A DNA stretch of 64,000 bases from positions 124,001-188,000 of IMG/VR virus record IMGVR_UViG_3300034682_000176. The stretch is one strand, 5' to 3'. The notes beneath the pieces were generated by a model. It searched no databases. It saw nothing but the letters and a program-made list of their open reading frames with translations, and had not been told where the DNA came from. The translations under genes were made by a program, and so were the position numbers. Positions 30,201-40,160 of the stretch are shown here, piece after piece. Numbering within the stretch: the stretch's first letter is position 1; every line of letters begins with the position of its first letter.

Positions 30201-30512
30201 TTCAGCCTCCTCCTTGTTGAAAGTGTAGGCAAGATGGGTTGAACAAAATGTAGCCACTCACCGTATATAAGGTAAAGGTGGCTGACGACGGTTAGGTATG
30301 ATTACCGGCCACCTAATGTCAATGTCCGATGTACAGTACCGTGCATTTGAAGATGGCGTGATTCCATATATAATACACGGTATCAGACGACGTTTCAGCA
30401 ATGAATGCAGTTGTTCGGTCCAGGAACTTTCGCTTTAAATTTTACAGAAGCGGAGGTATAGATTGGATTTACACCGAGTTTCATACTCAATTTTCACCCA
30501 AGGAGTTTCCAC

Positions 30513-31001
30513 ATGTCCGTGACTTTCAAGAACGAAGCCCTGGCCAAGCACCGCGCGCTGGCCGACCAGATCAAGACCTCCCTGCACATCGAGGGTCGCC
30601 AGATCGTCGAAAAGGAAGGCCATGCCGCCTACAACGCCAATCTGCCTGAAGGCATCACTCCCGACACCATCAAGCAGATCAGCAAGTACAACGGCCAGTT
30701 CCTGAAGGCCGCCACCATCGCCGTGGGCGAAATGGCTGCTGCCGAATTCAAGGCCAAGAAGGACGTCGACGAGCTGACCGCCACCGTGGGCTTCCAGGCA
30801 CCCGGCGACGCCTACACCTTCACGGTGGACCGCAAGCGCAGCTTCCCTGTGCCCCGCGCCAAGGACGAACCCGAAAACGCACCTCGTCGCACCGTCGACA
30901 AGATGCTGCACATCGAGCGCACCGTCCAAATCTCGGGCACCTCGATCAAGAGCGTGAGCAGCGTGATGAGCGAAGAATTCGCCGGCATGTTCAACGCCTA
31001 A
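30513..31001 (+). CDS. highly expressed hypothetical protein (162 aa)
   Basis: SD aaggag; strong codon bias; own terminator. Confidence 0.85.
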   Translation: MSVTFKNEALAKHRALADQIKTSLHIEGRQIVEKEGHAAYNANLPEGITPDTIKQISKYNGQFLKAATIAVGEMAAAEFKAKKDVDELTATVGFQAPGDAYTFTVDRKRSFPVPRAKDEPENAPRRTVDKMLHIERTVQISGTSIKSVSSVMSEEFAGMFNA

Positions 31002-31017
31002 GCATCCACCCGTGGAG

Positions 31018-31059
31018 CCCCACGCTAGGCCTTTGAGACCTAGCGTGGGTTTCTCTTTT
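31018..31059 (+). terminator. intrinsic terminator
   Basis: cccacgctagg / cctagcgtggg plus T-rich tail. Confidence 0.75.
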
Positions 31060-31097
31060 CCTCCGTTCTGAAGCGGAACCGTCAAAAGGAGTCTCAC

Positions 31098-31745
31098 ATG
31101 AAAGAATCCACGAGTTTTTCGCAGCTGAAGAACCGAGGGTCGGTCTTGTTTATCTATAGCGACAAGATGCACATCTACGTGATCTACCACGATCTTGAAG
31201 GAGACCGCATCTACAAGTTTGTCTGCGACAAACAACTGATCATCGAATCGGCACACGAACTCAAAGTCCCTGAGCACTTCATGGACTACACCGACTTGCA
31301 CTGGCACAAGCCTACGTTGCGCGGCGGTGACTTCCACTACAGCGGCGCTGTGGTGATCAACGGTAAAACCCACACGTTCCAAATCAACGATGTGGATGAG
31401 CTGATCGTCAGCACCGAGGTGTGCTCGCCCAATGTGTTCTCTTTGCTGCCCATGGACAGCCTGGCAGACATTGAGGTGGAGTTTCACATCCAAAAGTCGA
31501 ACAAGCTGTACGCGATCGGTTACCACAAGCAAACCACCCAGCAGGTGTTTGTTTTGGTGGACATTGCGCAAGACAAGATTTTGCGTGAGTACACGCTCAG
31601 CAGCGGCCTGGGCGAGATCATCGCCAACACGATCAACATCGATCAGACCGACTCGCGTGTATACGTTGGGGGACGTATTCGTTCTCCCGAAACCAAAGAG
31701 ACGATCCAGCCGTACTTTGAATCATTTCTGATGCTTGGCGCCTAA
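31098..31745 (+). CDS. hypothetical beta-rich protein (215 aa)
   Basis: SD aaggag. Confidence 0.8.
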   Translation: MKESTSFSQLKNRGSVLFIYSDKMHIYVIYHDLEGDRIYKFVCDKQLIIESAHELKVPEHFMDYTDLHWHKPTLRGGDFHYSGAVVINGKTHTFQINDVDELIVSTEVCSPNVFSLLPMDSLADIEVEFHIQKSNKLYAIGYHKQTTQQVFVLVDIAQDKILREYTLSSGLGEIIANTINIDQTDSRVYVGGRIRSPETKETIQPYFESFLMLGA

Positions 31746-31803
31746 CTAGCGCCTTTGTATCATCCGTCCCAACTCCACTGCCACCTATTTCTAAGGAACT
31801 CCC

Positions 31804-32592
31804 ATGCCTCTCATTCGTGATCAAGTTCGTCTCGCTTTGCGTGTGGATGGCCAAGACCACTTGAACCTGTCGGTTCACAGCAAGAACATCATCGGTCAAC
31901 TCGCCTCCCCTGAATCGCGCAAGCGTTTCTTTATCCCTCACCTGGGTGAATTTGGTTCCCCCCGCTGCTTTGCCAACTGGATGGTCAGCGGTGGTGACGA
32001 AGCTTTGCGTTTCAGCCGCAACCGCTACGACATCTCGGGGACGACGCTGAACGTGTTTCGTCTGTACATGCTGTACGCCAAGTACTTCCAGCTGGTGTCG
32101 GTGCGCGGCACCTTCGTCTCCAAAAAGGACCTGCTGGACCTGCCTTGGGTCATGTACTACCAACACCTGACAGGCATCCGCGAATACGATCGCTGGGAGC
32201 AGTACGCCGAAGCAGTTAAGACCATGGTGCAACACGTGGTCGAACACGAAGCCAGCGTCAAGTTCGACTTCAACACGATCAACCCTCGCATCTCTGAAGT
32301 GGTGTCCAAGCGCATCCGCGAAATCGCTGAAGCCAACGGCACTTCGACCGAAGAAGTGGTGGACATCACCAAGGCCGACGATGTGATCCGTCAACGCAAG
32401 GCCGCACAGCGCGTCAATCGCCGCCGTGAAGCGCCCGCCCTGGCGCCAGCCAACCCTGCTGACGAAGCGGCACCCGCGTCGGCTGCCGCTGTAGGTGAGG
32501 CTTCGACCGAGTTGGCAGAGCAACCTGGTGAGCAAGCACCGCTGGAAGTCGATCCTGCTGCACCTGCTGCTGAAACAACAGCCATCTCCTAA
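31804..32592 (+). CDS. hypothetical protein with A/P/E-rich tail (262 aa)
   Basis: SD aagga. Confidence 0.8.
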   Translation: MPLIRDQVRLALRVDGQDHLNLSVHSKNIIGQLASPESRKRFFIPHLGEFGSPRCFANWMVSGGDEALRFSRNRYDISGTTLNVFRLYMLYAKYFQLVSVRGTFVSKKDLLDLPWVMYYQHLTGIREYDRWEQYAEAVKTMVQHVVEHEASVKFDFNTINPRISEVVSKRIREIAEANGTSTEEVVDITKADDVIRQRKAAQRVNRRREAPALAPANPADEAAPASAAAVGEASTELAEQPGEQAPLEVDPAAPAAETTAIS

Positions 32593-32679
32593 CAAGTCGG
32601 CTGTCGAGGGTGACGAGTTGAACTCGTCACCCTTCCTCTTTCCCTTCCTTTCTTTTTCTCAACCCTGGAGCATTTATCC

Positions 32680-33729
32680 ATGAATCCCCAACTGGTCCTG
32701 GCAACGAAGCAATTTGACCAACTGAACCAACTCGTCAGCCGCGAAGTCGAAACCCTGGAATTTGAACTGGTCGAACGCAAGTCCGACACCGGCCTGCCTG
32801 ACGGCGGCTGGATGGAACTGCTGCCCTACGCATCCATCAGCGCCTACGACCCCGCTACCGGCGACATGAAGTTTGCCGCACGCCAGACGTTCGACCAAGC
32901 CCAACCTGAACCCCAGCTGGTCAGCTCCAGCATCGGCTTTGCTGCTCCCATCGACAGCATCGACCACATCACCTGCACCCGCATGGACGTGCGTGACGAC
33001 GGCTCCAAGGTCTACCACATGTCCATGCCCGACTTGCTGACCACAGCCGTGGAGGCCACCAAGGCCAACCTGGAAGCCGTCATCGGTTTCGACCCACTGG
33101 AGAAGTTCAACATCGACGTGGCCACGTCCATGCGTTTCACCTTCTTCAACAACATCGACCAAGAAGGCTCGACAGACAAGGACCGCTTCGGTGTGTCGAT
33201 TCCGCTGACCCTGCCGCTGGAGCTGGTCGCGCAGGTCTACCAAAGCGCCAACGGAAAGCAGCCTTCTGCCGAACTGCACGAATTCGTGATCAACGCTGGC
33301 AACATCCTGATGAGCTTCGACGTGAGTGAGACGGCCACCAAGGCCATCCAGGGCATGTCGGCTGACCACAAGTTCGACCCCTGGTCGGTGATGGTGATCA
33401 GCCAGCAGCTGCTGCAGTACTTCGAGATGATCCGCTCGCATGTGTCCTACACCGACATCATCCAGGCCGTCAAGAAGAACGTGGACGCCATGCGTGCCCA
33501 CGAAGAAGCCCACCAAGTGGCTATGCAGCAAGCCCAAGAAGCCATGGCCAAGGCCGAACAGCAGGACGCCGCCAACGCAGCCGGCACCGATCTGGACATC
33601 AGTGTGAACAGCGAACTGTTGCATGAAGGCTTTGCTGGCCTGGATCTGATGCGTGACGCCAAGGTGGGTGATCAACCTGTGGCGCAAGCTTCGGGCGACA
33701 CCACCACAACCACCACCGAAACCAACTAA
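32680..33729 (+). CDS. acidic hypothetical protein (349 aa)
   Basis: SD ggag; strong codon bias. Confidence 0.8.
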   Translation: MNPQLVLATKQFDQLNQLVSREVETLEFELVERKSDTGLPDGGWMELLPYASISAYDPATGDMKFAARQTFDQAQPEPQLVSSSIGFAAPIDSIDHITCTRMDVRDDGSKVYHMSMPDLLTTAVEATKANLEAVIGFDPLEKFNIDVATSMRFTFFNNIDQEGSTDKDRFGVSIPLTLPLELVAQVYQSANGKQPSAELHEFVINAGNILMSFDVSETATKAIQGMSADHKFDPWSVMVISQQLLQYFEMIRSHVSYTDIIQAVKKNVDAMRAHEEAHQVAMQQAQEAMAKAEQQDAANAAGTDLDISVNSELLHEGFAGLDLMRDAKVGDQPVAQASGDTTTTTTETN

Positions 33730-33747
33730 GCTTGGTTAGTACTTGAC

Positions 33748-33784
33748 TCCCTACCCTGCTGTGCGAAAGCCAGCAGGGTAGGGA
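33748..33784 (+). terminator. hairpin terminator
   Basis: tccctaccctgctg / cagcagggtaggga. Confidence 0.7.
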
Positions 33785-33812
33785 TGTCTTGTGCATTTGT
33801 TGTTTTTTGAAC

Positions 33813-33830
33813 TACACATATACACAGTGA
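33813..33830 (+). promoter_or_regulatory. putative early promoter motif
   Basis: tacacatata-caca-gtga. Confidence 0.65.
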
Positions 33831-33863
33831 TAACAACTGTGTACTGTAAAAAGGAGTTTCACA

Positions 33864-34751
33864 ATGTCCCAATCTTCTAACCTCACCATTCATCCTTCTA
33901 AGGTGGTGGACATTTTGATTAAGCCGGACAACAAAATCCGCGCACGCAATCTGGTACGTATCCAAAAAGGTCAAACCGACAACTTTGTCGAGCTGGCAAT
34001 CTTGGTCGAGTCAGACCACACACGCGATAATTCGTTTATGGGTCCCTACCCACCATTGGAACATCTGCGCTACTCAGCCTTCACAGTCGTGACTGCCAGT
34101 GTGGTGGAATTCATTTTGACTGGTCAACAGCTGACTGTTGGGATACCAGCGACACCCTGGACGTTTCAACCGACTGCAGCACTACTCAACAACCGTGAGT
34201 TTGATGAATACTTGACTAAGGTCGAATGTGGGGTGATCTACTATGAATTTCCAGAACACCTCTGGGAACTCATCTTGGGTCAAGAAACCATCAAGAGCTA
34301 CGGCTATTCCCTGGATGCAATGCAAGTTAGCGGTATGTCGTTGTATTGCGACACTGTCGGTCACTCAGGTCAATACCCTACATTTGCTACGTACTTTGTG
34401 CGCAGCAAAAACAGCTTTTTGGCTAAACGCTGCTCCAGCTTCGGTTTGTTCGATTTGAGTGAACTGTCTCTGGACGATCCGAAGGACATTCTGGCTAATG
34501 TGGTCGATTCGATTCGTAAGGAACGTAGCAAAAACAGCTTCAGTTGGAACGATTTTGATGAACCACCCATGGACAATCCAAAGAACACTCTGGCTAGTGT
34601 AGTCGATTCGATTTGCAAGGAACGCACTCACCATGAAAAGAGTGCTGTATATGAATTTCTGAGTCATCTGGTTGCCCAAAAGCAGGAAGAAGACATCACC
34701 ATCGATGGTCGCAATCTGCTACAACTCCACCCCACACACTTCCGTCTGTGA
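33864..34751 (+). CDS. hypothetical protein with internal duplication (295 aa)
   Basis: SD aaggag; D-PK--LA-VVDSI-KER occurs twice. Confidence 0.75.
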   Translation: MSQSSNLTIHPSKVVDILIKPDNKIRARNLVRIQKGQTDNFVELAILVESDHTRDNSFMGPYPPLEHLRYSAFTVVTASVVEFILTGQQLTVGIPATPWTFQPTAALLNNREFDEYLTKVECGVIYYEFPEHLWELILGQETIKSYGYSLDAMQVSGMSLYCDTVGHSGQYPTFATYFVRSKNSFLAKRCSSFGLFDLSELSLDDPKDILANVVDSIRKERSKNSFSWNDFDEPPMDNPKNTLASVVDSICKERTHHEKSAVYEFLSHLVAQKQEEDITIDGRNLLQLHPTHFRL

Positions 34752-34777
34752 TGGATAACATCTTTCTCTAAAGACTT

Positions 34778-35275
34778 ATGACTATCTCTATGATTTTGGC
34801 CACCACAGCAGATGGTGGTATGGGGCTGGACAACGCCTTGCCATGGAAACACATCCCTGGCGATATGGTCTGGTTTCGCAAACACACCCTGAACAAGATG
34901 GTGGTGATGGGTCGCAAAACCTGGGCATCCTTGCCCAAGCGTCCTTTGCCCAACCGTGTCAATGTGGTGCTGTCGCTCAGTGACGTACCTGACGCAGACT
35001 TCACCGTGGCGCCTGTGCTGGACAACCCAGCTGCTGTTGTGGAAAGTCTGAAGGCTTTGGCTGGTGACATGGAAATCGTGATCATCGGCGGCGCTGTGGT
35101 CTACAGCTATCTGTGGCCATTTGTGAACAAAGTCTACCACACCTGTGTCAAGCAAGACTACCCTGCTGACACGTTCTTCAAGATCACTGACGATCACCTC
35201 CAGGGTTGGCACAAAGAAACCGTCCAAGAGTGCGATCTCTGTGCTTTCCGTATCTACACCCGTCCCACCTCCTAA
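34778..35275 (+). CDS. folA: dihydrofolate reductase
   Basis: G--NALPW--PGD--WF, VMGRKTW-SLP-RPLPNR-NVVLS and IIGG motifs. Confidence 0.95.
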   Translation: MTISMILATTADGGMGLDNALPWKHIPGDMVWFRKHTLNKMVVMGRKTWASLPKRPLPNRVNVVLSLSDVPDADFTVAPVLDNPAAVVESLKALAGDMEIVIIGGAVVYSYLWPFVNKVYHTCVKQDYPADTFFKITDDHLQGWHKETVQECDLCAFRIYTRPTS

Positions 35276-35283
35276 GTATCACC

Positions 35284-35898
35284 ATGTCCAACGCAATTGC
35301 TGACAACGACATCCGCATCGACTTCACCAAGGCGGCAGAAGATCCAAGCCTGATGGGGATGATCTTCATGAACCAAACATTCAAGTTTCCACACACCGTG
35401 GGTTTGATACACCCACAAAGCACGACGGTTGACACCAACATCATCTATGTGCCTCGTGAAGACTCGCACACATCGCCACACTTTTGGTTCAACCAACAGT
35501 CGGCGAAAAATTTGCAGCCGGTCGGGATCATTTTGACGTTTCAGGAAAATGGTCATTTCACTTCGCGCTCAGTGACTTTGAACTGCATCGAAGCGGCAGA
35601 GTTCATGAAGAGTCGCTCCAGCTGTTCATTCACGATGGGCAGCTACTTGGAAGAGAAGAACCACTACGACCAAATCGACGACTTTGTCGGTCGCTTGAAT
35701 TTGGCCGCTGTGCGTTGGATGAGTAAGCAACGAGGCATCGAGCCTACAGACGTTGTTCGCAAATACAGCGTCAAGGTCAATCACCTGGATGTCAAAACCT
35801 ATCAACTGGCTCGCCTGGATGTCCACCACCAAGGATCTAAAAAGGATATCCAAGTGGGCCACCGTGTCTTCAACGTTCGGTTGACCACCGTCTCCTAA
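35284..35898 (+). CDS. hypothetical protein, paralog A
   Basis: C-terminus HRVFNVRLTTVS matches the next gene. Confidence 0.75.
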   Translation: MSNAIADNDIRIDFTKAAEDPSLMGMIFMNQTFKFPHTVGLIHPQSTTVDTNIIYVPREDSHTSPHFWFNQQSAKNLQPVGIILTFQENGHFTSRSVTLNCIEAAEFMKSRSSCSFTMGSYLEEKNHYDQIDDFVGRLNLAAVRWMSKQRGIEPTDVVRKYSVKVNHLDVKTYQLARLDVHHQGSKKDIQVGHRVFNVRLTTVS

Positions 35899-35910
35899 AG
35901 GGAAGTTCTT

Positions 35911-36519
35911 ATGCAACTCAACCTCAACATCCTCAACACCAAGGAACCCATCGACTACTTTAAGTTGATCGACGATCCAAACTTTTACGCACTGTCGTTT
36001 GTGCGACAAAGTGTGGATTTCCAAAACCACCGCCATAACGGCACCGACTTTGACGTTGAAACCGTTTTTATTCGACACCGACTGACAGAATCGGTTATGA
36101 CGCGTTTGTGCTACGCCCAAGCCGATCAAAACCTGATTCCCATGGCGATCAGCTTGACGGTGCGAGAAAACGACAACATCCCGCCACAGACCAACACTTT
36201 CTCGTTCATCGACATCTCCAAAGCTATCGTCAGCCACCGCTCGATGAAGGTGTCGTTGGGTGCCTTTATCAAACAGCGCACGACTTGGGGTTCTGTGCTG
36301 CAGTTTCTGGACAAGTTGCGCTCGGCAGCCGCTGTGCTGCACGCTGCCAAGTTGGGTATCGAACCTGACGAAATCTTCAAGCACTACAACGTGACCGTGA
36401 ACATTGAAGATGTTGACGGTTATCAAACACGCACGCTGGAAGTCCATGATCCCTTTAGCGAATATGGCTACGCTGTGCCACATCGCATTTTCAACGTTCA
36501 ACTGACCGCCATCTCCTAA
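35911..36519 (+). CDS. hypothetical protein, paralog B
   Basis: C-terminus HRIFNVQLTAIS. Confidence 0.75.
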   Translation: MQLNLNILNTKEPIDYFKLIDDPNFYALSFVRQSVDFQNHRHNGTDFDVETVFIRHRLTESVMTRLCYAQADQNLIPMAISLTVRENDNIPPQTNTFSFIDISKAIVSHRSMKVSLGAFIKQRTTWGSVLQFLDKLRSAAAVLHAAKLGIEPDEIFKHYNVTVNIEDVDGYQTRTLEVHDPFSEYGYAVPHRIFNVQLTAIS

Positions 36520-36533
36520 AAGGAAAAACTCCT

Positions 36534-36815
36534 ATGTCCATCAACGAAACCTCCAACACCGTGCAAACTTCCAACGATTGCCCTACCATGCCCACCAAGG
36601 TCGTGATCGAACTGTTCGACGGCTGCGTCAGCAAGGTCACTGCCGACAACCCTCTGGAAGTGGTGGTGCTCGATCGCAACATCGGTGAAGGTGCCGACGT
36701 GATCAAGGTCGACGGTGAAGATGTGGCGTTCCATCGCTTTGGTGCCGAAGTCGACGATGATGTCTGCCAAGCCGTCTTCAAGGAAATCGACGACTACGAA
36801 AACCAGCCCGACTAA
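36534..36815 (+). CDS. small acidic hypothetical protein (93 aa)
   Basis: SD aagga; D/E rich. Confidence 0.75.
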   Translation: MSINETSNTVQTSNDCPTMPTKVVIELFDGCVSKVTADNPLEVVVLDRNIGEGADVIKVDGEDVAFHRFGAEVDDDVCQAVFKEIDDYENQPD

Positions 36816-36866
36816 CCAGTATTCTGAGTGTGGTGATTTAACCACACTTCGAGTATTTAGTGAGAT

Positions 36867-37235
36867 CGCTTACCCACCCCAACCGGCATGCACTATACTC
36901 TTGCCAATCTTCAGGCCGCAGCGTTGCGCCGGAGCCAAGTCAAAAGAAAGGAATTGGTGTGCTGAGGAGTATCTAGCCGTTAGGAGCGGCCATCCAGACC
37001 TTGTTACCACCTGATAGGCCCGCAGACACACTTGCATAGTGCCTTGGTACAAGTCAAGCTTCTATATAAGCATGGTTGTTGTGTACGACCTTTGTTATCG
37101 CGTGAAGCACGGACGTAGCTGTCCATTAAAACTGCTCTGTGTACCCGACTACAGGTTAGCGGGGGCTTGGGAACGTATCCACGGAAGACAGCCTACATCT
37201 CCACTGCGGGATGTAGGCTGGGCTTTTTCTTTTTT
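36867..37235 (+). ncRNA. candidate structured noncoding RNA ending in a terminator
   Basis: no credible ORF; nested complementary segments (see findings); strong terminator at 37189-37235. Confidence 0.5.
37189..37235 (+). terminator. intrinsic terminator
   Basis: cagcctacatc / gatgtaggctg plus T-run. Confidence 0.8.
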
Positions 37236-37297
37236 GCTGTTTCGATCCTGTGAGGTCAGAGAGGAATTGTCCCTATCGAAAAAGCAGGAGTCTGTGT

Positions 37298-37960
37298 ATG
37301 TCTGTGTTGACGGTAAACAAAACGAATTTGCACGTGTTACAGCGTGTTTTGGACACGGGTGAGGGAAAGATACCAGCCAGCTACAAAGAGCTCTCTACGG
37401 CTCTTAGATCGCGTTCTGAGCTGGTTGTGGTGGTGCGTCCTTGGATCACTGGACCGATTGATTTGGATGGGATGGTGCAAGCCATCGATTTCAAGACCAG
37501 CGACATCTTCAAACCCCGCACTGATGCTTTGCCGGCTGATGAAGTATTCGGCTATGGCTACGTGCACGATCATACCCTGGCATATAGCGGGCGTATCGGT
37601 CTGAACCTGGACATCCCTAAAGAACCACAGATCAACTGCTGGACCTTGCAACAAACCTTGGGCAATGCCTGTAAAGCAAACACCCAGATGTTGACTGGTG
37701 TGGACATCTACCGCGAAATGGACACTTCTGTGTTGATGCAACCTAAAGTGTTGTTCACTCCCGAAAAGTTCAACAAGCGTGTGGTCAAGATCGAGTTGGC
37801 AGTGTGGTGGTGTATGTCACAATCCCAACTCAGTGGCTACATGTCCGCTTTGGCCAAGGCGTTTAGCAAACACAGCCCGCATCTACAACCCAAGCTGGAG
37901 ACCGCCAACTTGGAGTCCTTTGGTTTCCAACACGCACACAGCTGCAAAGACTGTCTGTAA
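37298..37960 (+). CDS. hypothetical protein
   Basis: SD aggag; late-type motif gatcctgtga at 37244. Confidence 0.75.
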   Translation: MSVLTVNKTNLHVLQRVLDTGEGKIPASYKELSTALRSRSELVVVVRPWITGPIDLDGMVQAIDFKTSDIFKPRTDALPADEVFGYGYVHDHTLAYSGRIGLNLDIPKEPQINCWTLQQTLGNACKANTQMLTGVDIYREMDTSVLMQPKVLFTPEKFNKRVVKIELAVWWCMSQSQLSGYMSALAKAFSKHSPHLQPKLETANLESFGFQHAHSCKDCL

Positions 37961-37962
37961 AT

Positions 37963-38004
37963 ATCATAGACCCTGCAGTCCTCATCGGCTGCAGGGTCTA
38001 TGAT
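37963..38004 (+). terminator. hairpin terminator
   Basis: atcatagaccctgcag / ctgcagggtctatgat. Confidence 0.75.
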
Positions 38005-38071
38005 GTACTTTTTGCCTAAGAACCACAATCTCTTAGTGTGATGTCTGGGTCGTTTTTGACCCGACGATGAT

Positions 38072-38089
38072 TACACATATAAAAACCGA
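38072..38089 (+). promoter_or_regulatory. putative early promoter motif
   Basis: tacacatata-aaaa-ccga. Confidence 0.55.
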
Positions 38090-38119
38090 TGTAACTACAA
38101 TTCCAATAACGGAGTGTCT

Positions 38120-38791
38120 ATGCAAAACCAAGCTGATAAAAACAACCTGAGTGTCAATGCCCGCCTCGAAGATGTCGAAGCCCTGCTGTTCGCCGGCCGC
38201 AAGAAGTTTGTGGCCAAGGCCTTGCCCTACACCGACGACAAATCCACAAACCTTCACACCGACTACTTGCCGTTGACCGCTACTGTGTTTGTCCGTGACA
38301 CAGAAGTTGACACCGATGGGGATTTGCGGTTCTTGGTGTTGGAAGTTCTGGACAACAACTGTTTTGCCGCCAAGCTGCAATACAACCCTGTTGGTCTGAT
38401 GGTGCCGGACGTCAAAGTGTCGGACATGATCCAAGGTCTGAACAAAGACCGTCACATCAACCCTGACGATACGTTGCGTGTCGACACGCTGCAGCTGATC
38501 CGTGGGGTCATCCAAGCAACCAACGCGATTGCGACCGAGCTCGTTGGTGTGGCGATTTTGAACCACGCCATGGACTTTGGCGCTAACTTCAACTTGATGA
38601 ACGAACCATCCATTTCGCTTCTCAAGGAAGGTATGATCAACCTCAACTTGATCGTGCGCTTGCAGCCCGCAGAACTCGATGCGTTGGTCAACACTTTGAA
38701 CACCGCACCGCATTTGAACCCCAACGTGCGCTTTTCGGTGAAAACCCTCAACAAGCTGAACTATTCGGCAAATGCACCCACCCTCAACTAA
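38120..38791 (+). CDS. hypothetical protein
   Basis: SD ggag. Confidence 0.75.
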   Translation: MQNQADKNNLSVNARLEDVEALLFAGRKKFVAKALPYTDDKSTNLHTDYLPLTATVFVRDTEVDTDGDLRFLVLEVLDNNCFAAKLQYNPVGLMVPDVKVSDMIQGLNKDRHINPDDTLRVDTLQLIRGVIQATNAIATELVGVAILNHAMDFGANFNLMNEPSISLLKEGMINLNLIVRLQPAELDALVNTLNTAPHLNPNVRFSVKTLNKLNYSANAPTLN

Positions 38792-38801
38792 GGAGTCTCC
38801 C

Positions 38802-39344
38802 ATGTCTGACCTCAAAACCATCTTCGTGGATCTGCAACAACTGCAAACCCCAAACCGTGAAGTGACCAAGCTGCGCTTTGCACCCAAGGGCAGCCCTGCG
38901 GTGGAAGGTGAAGTCGAAGTGACGATCATGTACGAAATGTGCAGTGAAGTCCGCCAGCTTGGTATGCACAACGAACGTGGCATTGACCCCATGTTGCTGT
39001 CGGCGCACACCGAAATCAGCGACGAGTGCTTTGACTGTCTGGAGAACCCTCCTGAAGTCCAAGAAGACGGCTACCGCTACTTGACCAACGCCCACCTGCT
39101 GTTCCTGTGCGGTGTGTTGGCCAACAAGACGCTGCAGCGTTTTAACCTGCTCGCTGAACTCAACCACATTGCACGCAACGTCGGCGCGATCTCCATTTCC
39201 ATGGACACCGACCCGATCCCTGGTGTGAACATCTGCCCCATCTACGTGAACTATCTGGTGCCAGATGCCGACATCGAAAAAGCCATCCAGTACGCACCCA
39301 CCATCCTGGTAGGTCTGCCTATCCCAGCTCCCAAGGTCGGCTAA
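38802..39344 (+). CDS. hypothetical protein
   Basis: SD aaggag. Confidence 0.8.
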   Translation: MSDLKTIFVDLQQLQTPNREVTKLRFAPKGSPAVEGEVEVTIMYEMCSEVRQLGMHNERGIDPMLLSAHTEISDECFDCLENPPEVQEDGYRYLTNAHLLFLCGVLANKTLQRFNLLAELNHIARNVGAISISMDTDPIPGVNICPIYVNYLVPDADIEKAIQYAPTILVGLPIPAPKVG

Positions 39345-39381
39345 CTGCCTTCCACTTCCCTAACTTTCCACCCATTCCAAT

Positions 39382-40023
39382 ATGTCTGACGTCCAACATG
39401 AAAACGGTGTGTTCTTTGCGCGGCGCGTCAAGCTGACTAAGAACATCGACCGTAATAGCCAATTCACCCAGCTCAATACCGAACTCGATCAAATCGAGTT
39501 TGCGTGGATGAATATTTACAACCCACCTCAAGGTTTCGCCCCTAACCCGGTTGACTTCCAGCACTTTATCCAAGGCGCCTTTATGCAAGGCTTTGTGCCA
39601 TTTGGGGTACATTGCAGCATCACCAGCCCAAACGCGAAAACCGTCCACGTCGCAACCAATCCGTCCGATGTGTTCAAACCACAATCGGTGCACGAGATGC
39701 TTCTGATGTGTGTCGAAGTAACTCACGCCGGTGTCTGGCAAATGAATGCCAAACACCCAACCCAGCTAATCAAAAATCTGATCGATGATGCGGTGGAGCA
39801 AAGTCCCATCTACAAAGCACTGAAAGATGCCGGTCTTGAACCGCAGAAAACATCAGTGCCGCTCGATTACCAACGTTCGGAAGAAGGCAACATTATAATG
39901 TTGCACGATCTGGTGTTGGTGATTGACGAAGCGCAGTACATGAACCGGTTTGGTGCTTTTGCCAAAATTGCCAAACAGTTCAACCTGCAAATCTTCGACC
40001 TCAACAAAAAGGCCGCAGCGTAA
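39382..40023 (+). CDS. hypothetical protein (213 aa)
   Basis: ORF in operon, followed by a terminator. Confidence 0.7.
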   Translation: MSDVQHENGVFFARRVKLTKNIDRNSQFTQLNTELDQIEFAWMNIYNPPQGFAPNPVDFQHFIQGAFMQGFVPFGVHCSITSPNAKTVHVATNPSDVFKPQSVHEMLLMCVEVTHAGVWQMNAKHPTQLIKNLIDDAVEQSPIYKALKDAGLEPQKTSVPLDYQRSEEGNIIMLHDLVLVIDEAQYMNRFGAFAKIAKQFNLQIFDLNKKAAA

Positions 40024-40025
40024 GC

Positions 40026-40073
40026 TACAGATCCACACTACCGTAACTGGTAGTGTGGATCTGTATTTATTTT
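40026..40073 (+). terminator. intrinsic terminator
   Basis: tacagatccacactacc / ggtagtgtggatctgta. Confidence 0.8.
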
Positions 40074-40076
40074 GGT

Positions 40077-40094
40077 TACATATATACCACACGA
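40077..40094 (+). promoter_or_regulatory. putative early promoter motif
   Basis: tacatatata-ccac-acga. Confidence 0.65.
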
Positions 40095-40160
40095 CAAGAC
40101 TGTGTGTTGTTTAGGTCTTTGATGTCAAAGACCCATACCGTCTTACAAAGGAGTTTCACC

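Noticed and set aside
36840-37190. tmRNA, RNase P or tRNA identity for the structured region
   Set aside because: No T-loop GTTCRA or CCA end, no GAGGAAAGTCC P4 motif, no cloverleaf.
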